Of a stretch of 64,000 nucleotides of DNA, positions 20,137-31,992 are shown piece by piece (within the stretch, counting starts at the first letter, position 1; each line of letters begins with the position of its first letter). The notes beneath the pieces are model-generated. The model made no database searches, was not told the origin of the DNA, and was given only the letters and a program-made list of their open reading frames with translations. Source of the stretch: an uncultured Gemmatimonadales bacterium (GTDB lineage Bacteria > Gemmatimonadota > Gemmatimonadetes > Longimicrobiales > Gaopeijiaceae); assembly GCA_963823035.1 (NCBI GenBank), contig CAWGKG010000007.1:64001-128000 (forward strand). Reading direction: 5' to 3'. Position numbers and translations under genes: made by a program.

Positions 20137-21147
20137 TCAGCGCCCCTTCCGGCGCAGGTCCTCCAGCTCGGCGCGCACCTGGGCGACCTGCTCGGACACC
20201 AGGCCGAAGCCGAACAGGAGGGCTCCGAGCGTCTCCAGGAGCATCACGAGGTACAGCAGCGGGCGGTATCCCATGGGGGGAACGTAGGGCGGGAAGCCGA
20301 GCATGGGATGCAGGAAGCGCAGGTAGACGGCGACCATGCCGACCGCACCGCCGAGCGCGGCCAGCGCGAAGCCGGTGGCGCCGAAGAGCAGGAGCGGCTT
20401 GCGGGAGAAGAGGAGGAGGAACCAGACGGACAGGAGGTCCAAAACCCCCACCCCGATGCGCCAAGGCCCGGTGAACTTGGACTCCCCGGCCCGCCGCGGG
20501 AGCAGCTCGATGTCGATCTCCGTGACGCGGTAGCCGCGCGCGTGCGCGAGCACGACGAAGAAGCGGTGCCAGTCGTGGCGCAGCGCCATGCCGTCCAGGA
20601 TGTCGCGACGGAACGCCTTCATCGAGTTGAGGTCGGAGACGGGTACCCTGAAGATCCGCCGCGACAGCCGGTTGTAGACGGAGGACACCGTACGCTTGTC
20701 GTAGCTTCCGACCTTCCGACCGGTGACCACGTCCCACCCCTCCTGGAGCTTGGCGAGGAAGCGCGGGATCTCCTCGGGGCGGTGCTGCAGGTCGGCGTCG
20801 AAGAGCACCAGCCACGTCCGGTCGGTGTGCGCCGCGGCGGTGACCATCGCTTCGGTCTTGCCGAGGTTCGTGCGGTGGCTCACCACGGTGAGCGCGTTCC
20901 AGCCGGCGCCCTCACGGCGGGCGATGTCGGCGGTGCCGTCCGTGGAGCCGTCGTCGATGAGAACGACCTCTCCGTGCAGGTCGAGCGCCTCGAAGGCCGC
21001 GCGCAGCTCCCGCACCAGCTCCGGCACGACGGGCGCCTCGTTGTATGCGGGGACCACGACCGCGAAGTCGCGGCGCATGAGGTCGGACAGGGTCGCCGCA
21101 GCCGACCGTCCGGCGGCCGTCTGCGCGGGGAGGTCGGCCTCGCTCAT
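20137..21147 (-). CDS. Glycosyltransferase family 2 (ArnC/GtrB-like, two C-terminal TMs)
   Basis: VVPAYNE, IDDGSTDGT, FDADLQHRPEEIP, RRAGESKF, C-terminal TM pair. Confidence 0.88.
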   Translation of the reverse strand: MSEADLPAQTAAGRSAAATLSDLMRRDFAVVVPAYNEAPVVPELVRELRAAFEALDLHGEVVLIDDGSTDGTADIARREGAGWNALTVVSHRTNLGKTEAMVTAAAHTDRTWLVLFDADLQHRPEEIPRFLAKLQEGWDVVTGRKVGSYDKRTVSSVYNRLSRRIFRVPVSDLNSMKAFRRDILDGMALRHDWHRFFVVLAHARGYRVTEIDIELLPRRAGESKFTGPWRIGVGVLDLLSVWFLLLFSRKPLLLFGATGFALAALGGAVGMVAVYLRFLHPMLGFPPYVPPMGYRPLLYLVMLLETLGALLFGFGLVSEQVAQVRAELEDLRRKGR

Positions 21148-21149
21148 CG

Positions 21150-22656
21150 TCAAACCCGCTTGCGCATCCGCGCGGGGAGGATCCCCAACTGGTCGCGGTA
21201 CTTGGCCACGGTGCGGCGCGCGATCTTCACGCCATCCGCCTTGAGGTGCTTCACGATCGCCTGGTCGGTGAGCGGCTTCTTCGCGTCCTCGTCGCCGACC
21301 AGGCTCTTGATCTTGTCCTTCACGCCGCGCGCCGAGATGTCCTCCCCGCTCGTCGTGGAGAGGCCGCTCGAGAAGAAGTACTTGAGGCTGAACACCCCGC
21401 GCGGCGTCTGCACGTACTTCTGGTTCGTGACGCGCGACACGGTGGATTCGTGCATCTCGATGTGGTCCGCCACCTCGCGCAGCGTGAGCGGGCGCAGGTA
21501 CTGCACGCCGCGCTCGAAGAAGTCGCGCTGCCGGTCCACGATGAAGTTCATCACCTTGAGCATCGTCTGCCGGCGCTGTTCGATCGCCTGGATCATCCAG
21601 TTGGCCGAGTTGAGCTTGTTGGAGATGAACTCCTTGTTCTCCCCCGTGAACTTGGACTTGTCGCGAGCCACCTCTCGGTAGGCACGCGAGATGCGCAGGC
21701 GCGGCAGGCTGGTGTCGTTCACGAAGACGTGGTACTCGCCGTCGATCTTCTCGACCACCAGGTCCGGGATGACGTACTGCTCCGGCTCCGCCGAGTACTT
21801 GAGGCCGGGCTTGGGATCGAGGTGGCTGATCTGGTCCGCCGCGGACTGCACCTCCTTCGGGGTGAGGCCGAGCGAGCGGGCGATGTCGTTCCAGCGGTGG
21901 TTGATGAGCGCGTCGAAGTGGTCCTCGATGATCTGGAAGGCCACGGAATCGTGCATGTCCTTCTGGCGGAGCTGGATCAGGATCGACTCGCGCACGTCGC
22001 GCGCGCCGACGCCCGGAGGATCGAAGCCCTGGATCTTCTCCAGCATCGCCTGCGCCTCGGCCACGTCGTAGGGGCGGAAGATCTCCTCCACCTCCGCGAG
22101 CTCGGCCGCCCGCTGGTCCGGGTCCTCGACCTCCTCCGCCGTGCGGATGGCCGCGGGACGCACGTCCTCCAACCACGTGTTGACCCCACACGTCACGTCT
22201 TCGAGGTCGCACACCAGCGTGCCGTGGTCGTCGATGTTGCCGACGATCTCCTCCCCCAGACGAAGCTCCCGCTCGTCCAGCTGCGAGCATCTGCAGCTGC
22301 TCATGCAGGAAATCATGCAGGTCCGCGCTCTCGACCGGGGTCGGCTCGAAGTACTCCTTCTGCTCGTACTGCTGCCTGCGCCCGCCCACGTCGAAACCGT
22401 CCAGGAGGATCTCCTCCCAATCGACCTCGTCGCCGAGCGGCTCGTCCTTGACGTCCTCCTTGAGCTCGACCTCCTGCTGGGTGTCGGCCTCACCCATCTC
22501 GAGGAACGGGTTCTCCGCCATCTCCTCCTTCAGATGCTGCTGCAGGTCGAGCAGGGGCATGTAGAGCAACTCCATCGCCTGATACAGGCGAGGGTTGATC
22601 CGCATCTCCTGCCGGAGCTGCGCGCTCTGATAGAGTCTGGCGTTGAACTGACTCAT
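21150..22656 (-). CDS. rpoN: RNA polymerase sigma-54 factor; frameshift near 22285
   Basis: Gln-rich region I (MSQFNARLYQSAQLRQEMRINPRLYQAMELL), FDPPGVGARD, MHESTVSRV, RpoN box ARRTVAKYR. Confidence 0.95.
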
Positions 22657-22684
22657 TCCGTTCCTTGTATCGGGACGGCGGGGC

Positions 22685-23929
22685 TCAGGACGTCAGCCCG
22701 GCCGATACGTTCGCTTCTTCACGATGGGGACGGGGGTACCGCCCGCGCATCCTTTGAGTGAGCGTGGGACCCAGGTAGATCTCGGCGACCTCGTCGTTCC
22801 ACACCAGCTCGGAGACCGTGCCGCTGACGCGGATGCGCCCCTCGTACATGATGTAGGCCCGGTCCACGATCTCGAGCGTCTGCTCCACGTTGTGGTCCGA
22901 AATGATGACGCCGATGCCCCGGGACTTGAGCCCGCGCACGATCTGCTGGATGTCGTTCACTGCGATCGGGTCGATGCCGGCGAACGGCTCGTCGAGCAGC
23001 ATGAACTTGGGCCGCTGCACCAGCGCGCGCGTGATCTCGAGACGCCGCCGCTCTCCGCCGGAGAGCGAGTACGCCCGACTCTTGCGCAGCGCGCGCAGCC
23101 CCAGCTCCTCCAGGAGGTGCTCGAGGCGCTCCTTCTCCTCCGCGCGACCGAGGGAGAGCGTCTCGAGGATGGCGAGGACGTTCTCCTCGACGGTGAGCTT
23201 GCGGAAGATCGAGGGCTCCTGAGCGAGGTAGCCCACGCCCTTCCGCGCCCGCCGGTACATGGGGACCTTCGTGATGTCGTCGCCGTCGAGGAACACCTGG
23301 CCGGCGTTGGGGGGGATGAGGCCCACCATCATGTAGAAGGTGGTGGTCTTCCCCGCTCCGTTGGGCCCAAGAAGGCCCACGATCTCCCCCTGGCGCACCG
23401 AGATGTCCACCTCGCTCACCACCGTGCGCCGGCGATAGATCTTGGTGAGGCCCTCGGCATAGAGGCGGCTGTCGCCGGCGGTCTCCTGCCGGCGATCCTG
23501 CGAGACGTGGTACGCGCGAGAGCGCCTCACCTCGAGGTTCAGCACCACCTCGCGCAGCTCCCCGAGGACGCGGTACTTGTCCTTGGCGACGTCCGCCCAC
23601 AGGACGGGCTTCATCTGCAGCGCGGACCACGCCTCGTCCGGCTCGTCCCGCGAAGCGATGCCCGCCTCCTCGAGGCGGGGAATGACACGCGACTCGAGGA
23701 AGTGGACGAACGCTTCGCCCTCCGCCCCGAGCATGGACGCCCCGTGACTGCCGAGATCGCTCGACAGGTCCTCGAGGATGTCACGCACCATCGCGAGCCA
23801 CACGCCCCGCTCCGCCCTTCCCCGCGCGTCGGCACGGTCGATGATCACGCCGAGCGCGACCGCTACGGTGAGGTCGTGCGCGTCCAGGCCTTCCGCGAAG
23901 CGCAGAAGCTCCTCTCGTGTCGTCATCAT
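22685..23929 (-). CDS. lptB: LPS export ABC transporter ATP-binding protein with ~150-aa N-terminal extension
   Basis: [59 protein letters not shown] overlap with the upstream stop. Confidence 0.92.
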   Translation of the reverse strand: MMTTREELLRFAEGLDAHDLTVAVALGVIIDRADARGRAERGVWLAMVRDILEDLSSDLGSHGASMLGAEGEAFVHFLESRVIPRLEEAGIASRDEPDEAWSALQMKPVLWADVAKDKYRVLGELREVVLNLEVRRSRAYHVSQDRRQETAGDSRLYAEGLTKIYRRRTVVSEVDISVRQGEIVGLLGPNGAGKTTTFYMMVGLIPPNAGQVFLDGDDITKVPMYRRARKGVGYLAQEPSIFRKLTVEENVLAILETLSLGRAEEKERLEHLLEELGLRALRKSRAYSLSGGERRRLEITRALVQRPKFMLLDEPFAGIDPIAVNDIQQIVRGLKSRGIGVIISDHNVEQTLEIVDRAYIMYEGRIRVSGTVSELVWNDEVAEIYLGPTLTQRMRGRYPRPHREEANVSAGLTS

Positions 23930-25614
23930 CGCCGCCTCCAACGTCGGTCCGCGCGAGCCGCGGACACGGTGCGCGCAGGGAGCGCGCTCCCCGCACCGCG
24001 TCCGCCTGGGGGGCCCCTCCTCCCGGGAGCGTCCTGCCCAACGGTGTCGAAACGCTCCGCGGCGGGGGGCGACGCGGCCGTGGTGTCGGGGCCGATCCGC
24101 GTGGTGTCAGGGCCGATCCGCAGGGTGTCCGGGGGCGTCAGGGAGTCGCGTGTGGCGCCTCGGCTGGTCGGCTCCAGATGCCATCCCTCCGTCGGCCCGT
24201 CGACTTCCATGCTATCGACCTCCCCCTCGTTCATCACGATGACGATCATCGAGCCGGTCACGTAGTGCACCGCGGGCGGGTCGATCCCGGGGCGGGCGGT
24301 CGAATCCGATGGCAGCAGCCGGTACAGGCTCCGCGCGCCCACCCGCGCCGTCAGGCGCTCGAGCCGGTATTCCCCCCGGGTCGTGTCGGTGGGCTCTCCG
24401 GGAGCGGGGTCCGCGCGCACGAAGGTCGCGATCACCGTATCGCCCTCCAGCCAGTCCTTGCGCGCCACCTCGGGCAGGTCGGGGACGTTCAGGGAGTCGC
24501 GTGCGCTGGATTCGCCCCGCGCCGTCCCCGCCGCGAAGATGCGGTCGAGCACCTGGCCCGGGGTGCGCACCTCGACCGAGTCGGCCGTCAGAACGAAGTT
24601 CTCCGCCACGGCGACGGGTCGCGCCAGGTCGAGGCTGTCGACCGGGGGCGCGGGCACGCCTCCCGCCGGCGTCGGCGGCGCACTGTCCGAGGGCATCAGG
24701 CGGACGGCCACCAGCCGTTCCATGGCCCCTTCCGTGAGGAAGATCTGGATGGACGGAGCCCTCATCTCGAGGTCCTGGCCGAGGAGCGTGGCCTCGTGCA
24801 GGGCGCGTACCGAGCGCATGTGGCCACTCGGCACGGCCATTTCGATCCTGCGCCCGGAGAGGTCGTACGTGGACCCGTCCACGTGGGCGGAGCCCTGCAG
24901 GACCATGAGCGCGGCCACCTGGTCGTACTCGGCCGAATCGGAGTGCGCCACCAGCGAGTCCCGCTCGATCACGACGTCTCCTCCTGCGCTGAAGTAACGG
25001 TCGCCCTGGAGGAAGAGGCGGTCCGCCTCGACCTGATAGGGCACCGTGTCCGGCTCGGAGGGGCTGGCCTGTGCGCTGTCGACGGTGACGGTGTCCCGCC
25101 CGGGTCGCATGTGCAAGAGGGCTTTGGGACGCACCCGGTCCCGGCCGCGCGTCACGCTCATCTGCTCCTCGGAGCGGAAGGCCGTCTTGCGCAGGTAGAT
25201 CAGATCACCGTTCTCGATGGTCGAGCCCTGTTCGAAGTCACGCACGAAGACGTGCCCGGTGGCCTGGAGGCGCGCCACCCGGGAGAAGTAGCGGGCGTCG
25301 TCGGCACGCAGCTCGCGCGTACCGTCGCGATAGCGCACGTGGCCGATGAGGTGGCTCATGCTCTGCGCCGAGTACGCCACGGCCGAGTCCGCCTGGATGC
25401 GCACCCCGTCGTCGCAGGCGATGCGCGGGCGGCTCACGTTGCTCACGCGACCGGCACCGGGGACGGGGCTGCTCGACATGTTCGCGGTGCCCTCCACGAA
25501 GCGGCAGTTGGCCGCCTGCTGCGCGGTGGCCGGCCTCGGCGCGACGGCGGCGACCGCGACGAGGCACACGACGCCGAGGCGTCCGATCCGGGAGGAGAGA
25601 GCGTGCGAAGTCAA
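23926..25614 (-). CDS. OstA/LptA-like beta-jellyroll LPS transport protein (long form)
   Basis: Signal peptide, repeated beta-strand motifs ([37 protein letters not shown]); lies between lptC and lptB. Confidence 0.75.
   Translation of the reverse strand: MTSHALSSRIGRLGVVCLVAVAAVAPRPATAQQAANCRFVEGTANMSSSPVPGAGRVSNVSRPRIACDDGVRIQADSAVAYSAQSMSHLIGHVRYRDGTRELRADDARYFSRVARLQATGHVFVRDFEQGSTIENGDLIYLRKTAFRSEEQMSVTRGRDRVRPKALLHMRPGRDTVTVDSAQASPSEPDTVPYQVEADRLFLQGDRYFSAGGDVVIERDSLVAHSDSAEYDQVAALMVLQGSAHVDGSTYDLSGRRIEMAVPSGHMRSVRALHEATLLGQDLEMRAPSIQIFLTEGAMERLVAVRLMPSDSAPPTPAGGVPAPPVDSLDLARPVAVAENFVLTADSVEVRTPGQVLDRIFAAGTARGESSARDSLNVPDLPEVARKDWLEGDTVIATFVRADPAPGEPTDTTRGEYRLERLTARVGARSLYRLLPSDSTARPGIDPPAVHYVTGSMIVIVMNEGEVDSMEVDGPTEGWHLEPTSRGATRDSLTPPDTLRIGPDTTRIGPDTTAASPPAAERFDTVGQDAPGRRGPPGGRGAGSALPARTVSAARADRRWRRR
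24080..24121. repeat. 21-bp in-frame tandem repeat (2 copies plus a partial third)
   Basis: GTGGTGTC(G/A)GGGCCGATCCGC twice; encodes RIGPDTT repeats in the OstA-like C-terminal tail. Confidence 0.85.
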
Positions 25615-25622
25615 AAGCGCAC

Positions 25623-26187
25623 TCAGAAGACGATCTCGCCGATCGCCCCGCGTGGGTTGGCGACGTTGACGTTCTCGAACGAGAGGTCCGATTCGAAGGC
25701 GGTCCCGCGCGTCACGCGTCCGTCGGCCATCGTCATGACCGTGGCGGAGTCGCTCCAGATCCTGTCGCGGTCGGGATCGTACTGCAGCTCGGGGCTCTCG
25801 ATCTTGCGGCCGTCCGCGCGGATGATGAGCACCACGTTGCCGCGCGCGATCATGCGGTCGCTGACCTGGTCGAGCTCGCCGCGCTCGGCCACGACGTTGG
25901 CGCGCTCCTGGCCGTCCTCGGCGTAGAAGATCACGTGCATGCCCTGGAGCTGGATCGACGACGAGTCGTTGTAGACGTACGCCGTGTCCGCGTCGATGCG
26001 CCCCTGACGCACGCCCTGCGACGTCAGGTAGGAGACCATCCCGAAGATGACGTTGTCCGCCTGGATGTTCGCGAGGTCGCCGGCAGCACCCCCGGCCTCG
26101 GTCGGGCCCTCACAAGCGACCAGCCCGCCGGCCAGGAGACAGGCGACTACGAACGAAGCGCGTAAACCAAATGTAGATTCTCATCAT
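25623..26187 (-). CDS. lptC: LPS export periplasmic protein LptC; apparent frameshifts in the 5' part
   Basis: ADTAYVY, MIARGNVV, IESPELQYD, IWSDS, GTAFESD. The N-terminal anchor FVVACLLAGGLVAC is in another frame; the ATG overlaps the kdsD stop. Confidence 0.8.
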
Positions 26188-27162
26188 ACGGCACCTGACC
26201 TCATGAGATCATGGAGGTGAACGATGCCGCGTAGGACGCCGTCGTCGTCGCAGCACCGGTAGGGCCATGACGCCGTGATCCTCCATGCGCCGCACCGCCG
26301 CCGAGCCGAGCTCGTCCGGGTGGGCCACCTTGGGGTTGCGCGTCATCACCTCGGATACCCTGCGCTCCAGGAAGTCGGGATCGCGCTCCATGAGCCGGGT
26401 GAGATCCCCCGCGGTCACGACGCCCACGACCCGCTTCCCGCCATCCACGATCGGCACCGTGCCGCGCATCTCGGCGAGCGGTACGATGCAATCCCGCATG
26501 CGCGCCTCCTCCCCGAGCGACGGATACTCCTCGGCCACCATCACGTCTGCTACCCGTACCGAGAGCTTTCGTCCCAGGGAGCCGCCCGGGTGGAGGGCCG
26601 CGAAGTCCTCCTCGCGGAAGCCCTTGAGCTGGAGCACGACGACGGCCAGCGCGTCGCCGAGGGCGAGCGTCGCGGTGGTCGAGGACGTCGGCGCCAGATC
26701 CATCGGGCAGGCCTCCTCGTCCACCGTGCAGTCCAGCGTCACGGTCGCATGCCGGGAGAGCGTCGAGCGGTCGCGGCCCGTCATGGCCACGATCGGCACG
26801 CCGAGTCGTACCAGGTAGTCGATCAGGCCCCCCATCTCCGCCGTGTCGCCGGACTTCGAGATGAGGATCGCGACGTCGTCCTTCCCGACGATCCCCATGT
26901 CGCCGTGCAGGCTCTCCACCGGGTGGAGGAAGGTGGCCGGCGTCCCGGTCGACGTGAGCGTGGCCGCGATCTTCCGCGCGACGTGCCCGCTCTTCCCGAT
27001 CCCGGACACGACCACGCGCCCCTTCACCTCGTTCACGAGGTTGCACGCGCGCACGAACTCGTCGCCCAGGCGGGCTTCCAGCGCCGTGAGCGCCGCCGCC
27101 TCCAGGCGCAGCACGCGGCGCCCCTCCTCGAGGAGGGAGGCGTTCGTCGGGGCGGCGTTCAC
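26184..27162 (-). CDS. kdsD: Arabinose-5-phosphate isomerase (KpsF/GutQ); frameshift near 26250
   Basis: SGIGKSGHVARKIAATLTSTGTP, HGDMG, EACP..LAPTSST, HPGGSLG, CBS pair; true end VHLHDLMRSGAV* is in a second frame. Confidence 0.93.
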
Positions 27163-27730
27163 CGCTCGCTCCGCCTGGCAACGTAGTCCTCGAGCGCGGC
27201 GTCGAGCTGGCCCCGACCCGCGAGCAGGGCGTCGCAGAACTCGCGCGCGCCGCCGCGGCCGCCCGCCCGCGTGGCCTGCCAGTCCGCCATCTCCACCACC
27301 GGGGGCGTGGCGTTGGCCACCGCCGCCTTGAGGCCGATACGGCGCAGCACGGCCACGTCGGGAAGGTCGTCGGCCAGCATCGCCACCTCGTCCCAGTGAT
27401 GCCCATCCGATCCATGACCCCGCGGATCGACGGCAGCTTGTCCGCCAGGTCGTCCTGGTAGCACTCGATGGCCAGCTCCTCGGCACGCAGGCGCGTGGCC
27501 TCCGAGCGGCGCCCCGAGACGATGATGACCTTCAGCCCAGCCGACTCGAGGAGCTTCAGCCCGAGCCCGTCCTGGATGTCGAAGCGCTTCAGCTCCACCT
27601 GACCGCCGCCGGGCAGCACCCCGAGGTAGACGCCGCCGTCCGTGAGGACGCCGTCCACGTCGAAGACCACGAGCTTCACCCTGCGCGCGAGGTGCTCGGG
27701 CACAGGCCCGCCCGGCAAGGGGCCGCTCAC
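27159..27730 (-). CDS. kdsC: KDO 8-phosphate phosphatase (HAD); frameshift near 27400
   Basis: FDVDGVLTDG, FDIQDGLG, VSGR, then DDLPD, GGRGGAREFCD. Confidence 0.92.
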
Positions 27731-28527
27731 GTCGTCCCACCGTCCCGACCGAGCGCGGCGCGCACGGCGAGCACGTCACGCAGGAGGGCGGGGAGTCGGT
27801 GCAGGGGCAGCATGTTGGTCGGGTCCGAGGGTGCCTCCGAAGGGTTGGGATGGGTCTCCAGGAACAGCCCGTCGCACCCGGCCGCCACGGCGGCACGCAC
27901 CAGGTCGGGAATGTGCTCCGGATCGCCGCCGCTCGCCCCGTCGGCCTTGCCGGGGCGTTGCACCGAGTGCGTGCCGTCGAAGATGGCCGGAACGCCCGTG
28001 GCGGCCCGCAGGCGCGCGAACGAGCGCATGTCGACCACCAGGTTGCCGTAGCCGAAGAACGTGCCCCGCTCCGTGACCGTGACGTTCGACGAGCCCGACG
28101 CCTGGATCTTGCCCACCGCGTGGGCCATCTCCTCAGGCGCCATCCACTGACCCTTCTTCACGTTGACGGTGCGGCCCGTCCGCCCCGCCGCCACGAGCAG
28201 GTCGGTCTGGCGGCAGAGGAACGCGGGGATCTGCAGCACGTCCACCACCTCCGCCGCCCGCGCCGCCTGCGCGGGCTCGTGCACGTCGGTGAGGAGGGGG
28301 AGGCCGGTCTCCGCCTTCACCCTGGCGAGGAGCTCGAGGCCCTTCTCGAGCCCGGGGCCGCGGGGCGCGTCCAGCTTCGAGCGGTTCGCCTTGTCGAACG
28401 ACGACTTGAAGACCACCGGGAGGTCGAGCTCGGCCGAGATGCGCGCGAGCTCGGTACCGACGCGCAGGTTCAGCGCGTCGTCCTCGAGGACGCAGGGCCC
28501 CGCGATGAGTGTGAAGCGCTCGAACAT
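27727..28527 (-). CDS. kdsA: KDO 8-phosphate synthase
   Basis: IAGPCVLE, KSSFDKANRS, QIPAFLCRQTDL, KKGQ, ERG..FGY.NLVVD, FDGTHSVQ. Confidence 0.96.
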   Translation of the reverse strand: MFERFTLIAGPCVLEDDALNLRVGTELARISAELDLPVVFKSSFDKANRSKLDAPRGPGLEKGLELLARVKAETGLPLLTDVHEPAQAARAAEVVDVLQIPAFLCRQTDLLVAAGRTGRTVNVKKGQWMAPEEMAHAVGKIQASGSSNVTVTERGTFFGYGNLVVDMRSFARLRAATGVPAIFDGTHSVQRPGKADGASGGDPEHIPDLVRAAVAAGCDGLFLETHPNPSEAPSDPTNMLPLHRLPALLRDVLAVRAALGRDGGTT

Positions 28528-28538
28528 CGCGACACCGC

Positions 28539-30984
<2,446 letters not shown>

Positions 30985-31019
30985 GAGGCCCTCACGAGGC
31001 CGAAAACGCGCGAACTCCA

Positions 31020-31035
31020 TGCAATTTTCACGCCA
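31020..31035 (-). promoter_or_regulatory. Putative sigma54 (-24/-12) site upstream of the kdsB...rpoN cluster
   Basis: TGGCGTGAAAATTGCA on the minus strand, with exact GG-N10-GC spacing. Confidence 0.65.
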
Positions 31036-31038
31036 CGA

Positions 31039-31068
31039 AAGGTATCTCCGCAGCGGGGGGAGGGTCAA
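31039..31068 (-). promoter_or_regulatory. Putative sigma70 promoter upstream of kdsB
   Basis: TTGACC-N18-TACCTT; the spacer contains a homopolymer run. Confidence 0.55.
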
Positions 31069-31179
31069 CCGACGGGCCGAAGAACCGTTGGGAACGCACG
31101 CTCTGCCACCCGACGTGACCGAGGATGGCCGCCGGTCCACGGGAGGCGCCCGAAGCCCTGAGAAATACTCCTGGTAGGT

Positions 31180-31245
31180 CTCTGCGTCCTCTGCGGCCTC
31201 TGTGGTGAAACCGCTCTTACCACAGAGGCCGCAGAGGACGCAGAG
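31180..31245. repeat. Perfect 27-bp inverted repeat (REP-like palindrome)
   Basis: CTCTGCGTCCTCTGCGGCCTCTGTGGT, 12-nt loop, ACCACAGAGGCCGCAGAGGACGCAGAG. Confidence 0.9.
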
Positions 31246-31273
31246 GGCGTACCTGTGGGGTGGTGCCCGGCAC

Positions 31274-31852
31274 TCACATCGACAGGAAGTTCGCCAGCAG
31301 CCTCTTCCCGTGCTCGCTGAACAACGACTCGGGGTGGAACTGCACCCCCCACAGCGGAAGCGATCGATGACGCATCGCCTGGATCTCGCCGGCGTCGTCG
31401 GGCTCCGTGCTCCAGGCGATCGGCTCGAGCGCGTCGGGCAGGGCGTCGGCGTCCGTGACCAGCGAGTGGTAGCGCGCGGGCGAGAACGGTGACGGAACCC
31501 CCTCGAAGAGCGCGCTCCCGTCGTGGCGCACCTGCCCGGTCTTCCCGTGCATGAGCCGATGGGCGCGTACGGTCCGCCCCCCGAAGGCCTCTCCGAGCGC
31601 CTGGTGCCCGAGGCAGACGCCGAGCATGCGCACCCCCGCCCCGCCGAGCGTGCGGAAGGCCTCCACGCTCACCCCGGCCTGCGCCGGTGCGCACGGGCCC
31701 GGCGACACGACCACGCGCTCGGGCCGCATGGCCGCGAGCTCACCCACCGTGTGGGCGTCGTTGCGCACCACGACGGGGTCGGCGCCCAGGTCGCCGAGGA
31801 ACTGGACGAGATTGAAGGTGAAGGAGTCGTAGTTGTCGATGACGAGGATCAT
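31274..31852 (-). CDS. trpG: Anthranilate/aminodeoxychorismate synthase component II (glutamine amidotransferase)
   Basis: MILVIDNYDSFTFNL, SPGP, GVCLGHQ, RYHSL, GVQFHPES. Confidence 0.93.
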   Translation of the reverse strand: MILVIDNYDSFTFNLVQFLGDLGADPVVVRNDAHTVGELAAMRPERVVVSPGPCAPAQAGVSVEAFRTLGGAGVRMLGVCLGHQALGEAFGGRTVRAHRLMHGKTGQVRHDGSALFEGVPSPFSPARYHSLVTDADALPDALEPIAWSTEPDDAGEIQAMRHRSLPLWGVQFHPESLFSEHGKRLLANFLSM

Positions 31853-31992
31853 GGCGCACGGTCGAAGCGAGTCGGCGGGGATGCGCCGCCAATGTAGTCG
31901 ACGGGCTTCGCGCGGCCCACCGCGGGGTGAGTCACGTGGCGCCAGACGCTATCTTGGTTCGCGGACCGATCCCATGGAGGCCCTGGACTTTC

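Noticed and set aside
20137..22656. RpoN-glycosyltransferase fusion (839-aa ORF)
   Set aside because: A frameshift near 22285 throws the rpoN 5' part into the GT2 frame; the rpoN C-terminus has its own frame and stop at 21150.
31180..31245. CRISPR array or small PQR-repeat peptides
   Set aside because: A single inverted repeat without spacers or cas genes; the PQRPQRTQR peptides on both strands just reflect the palindrome.
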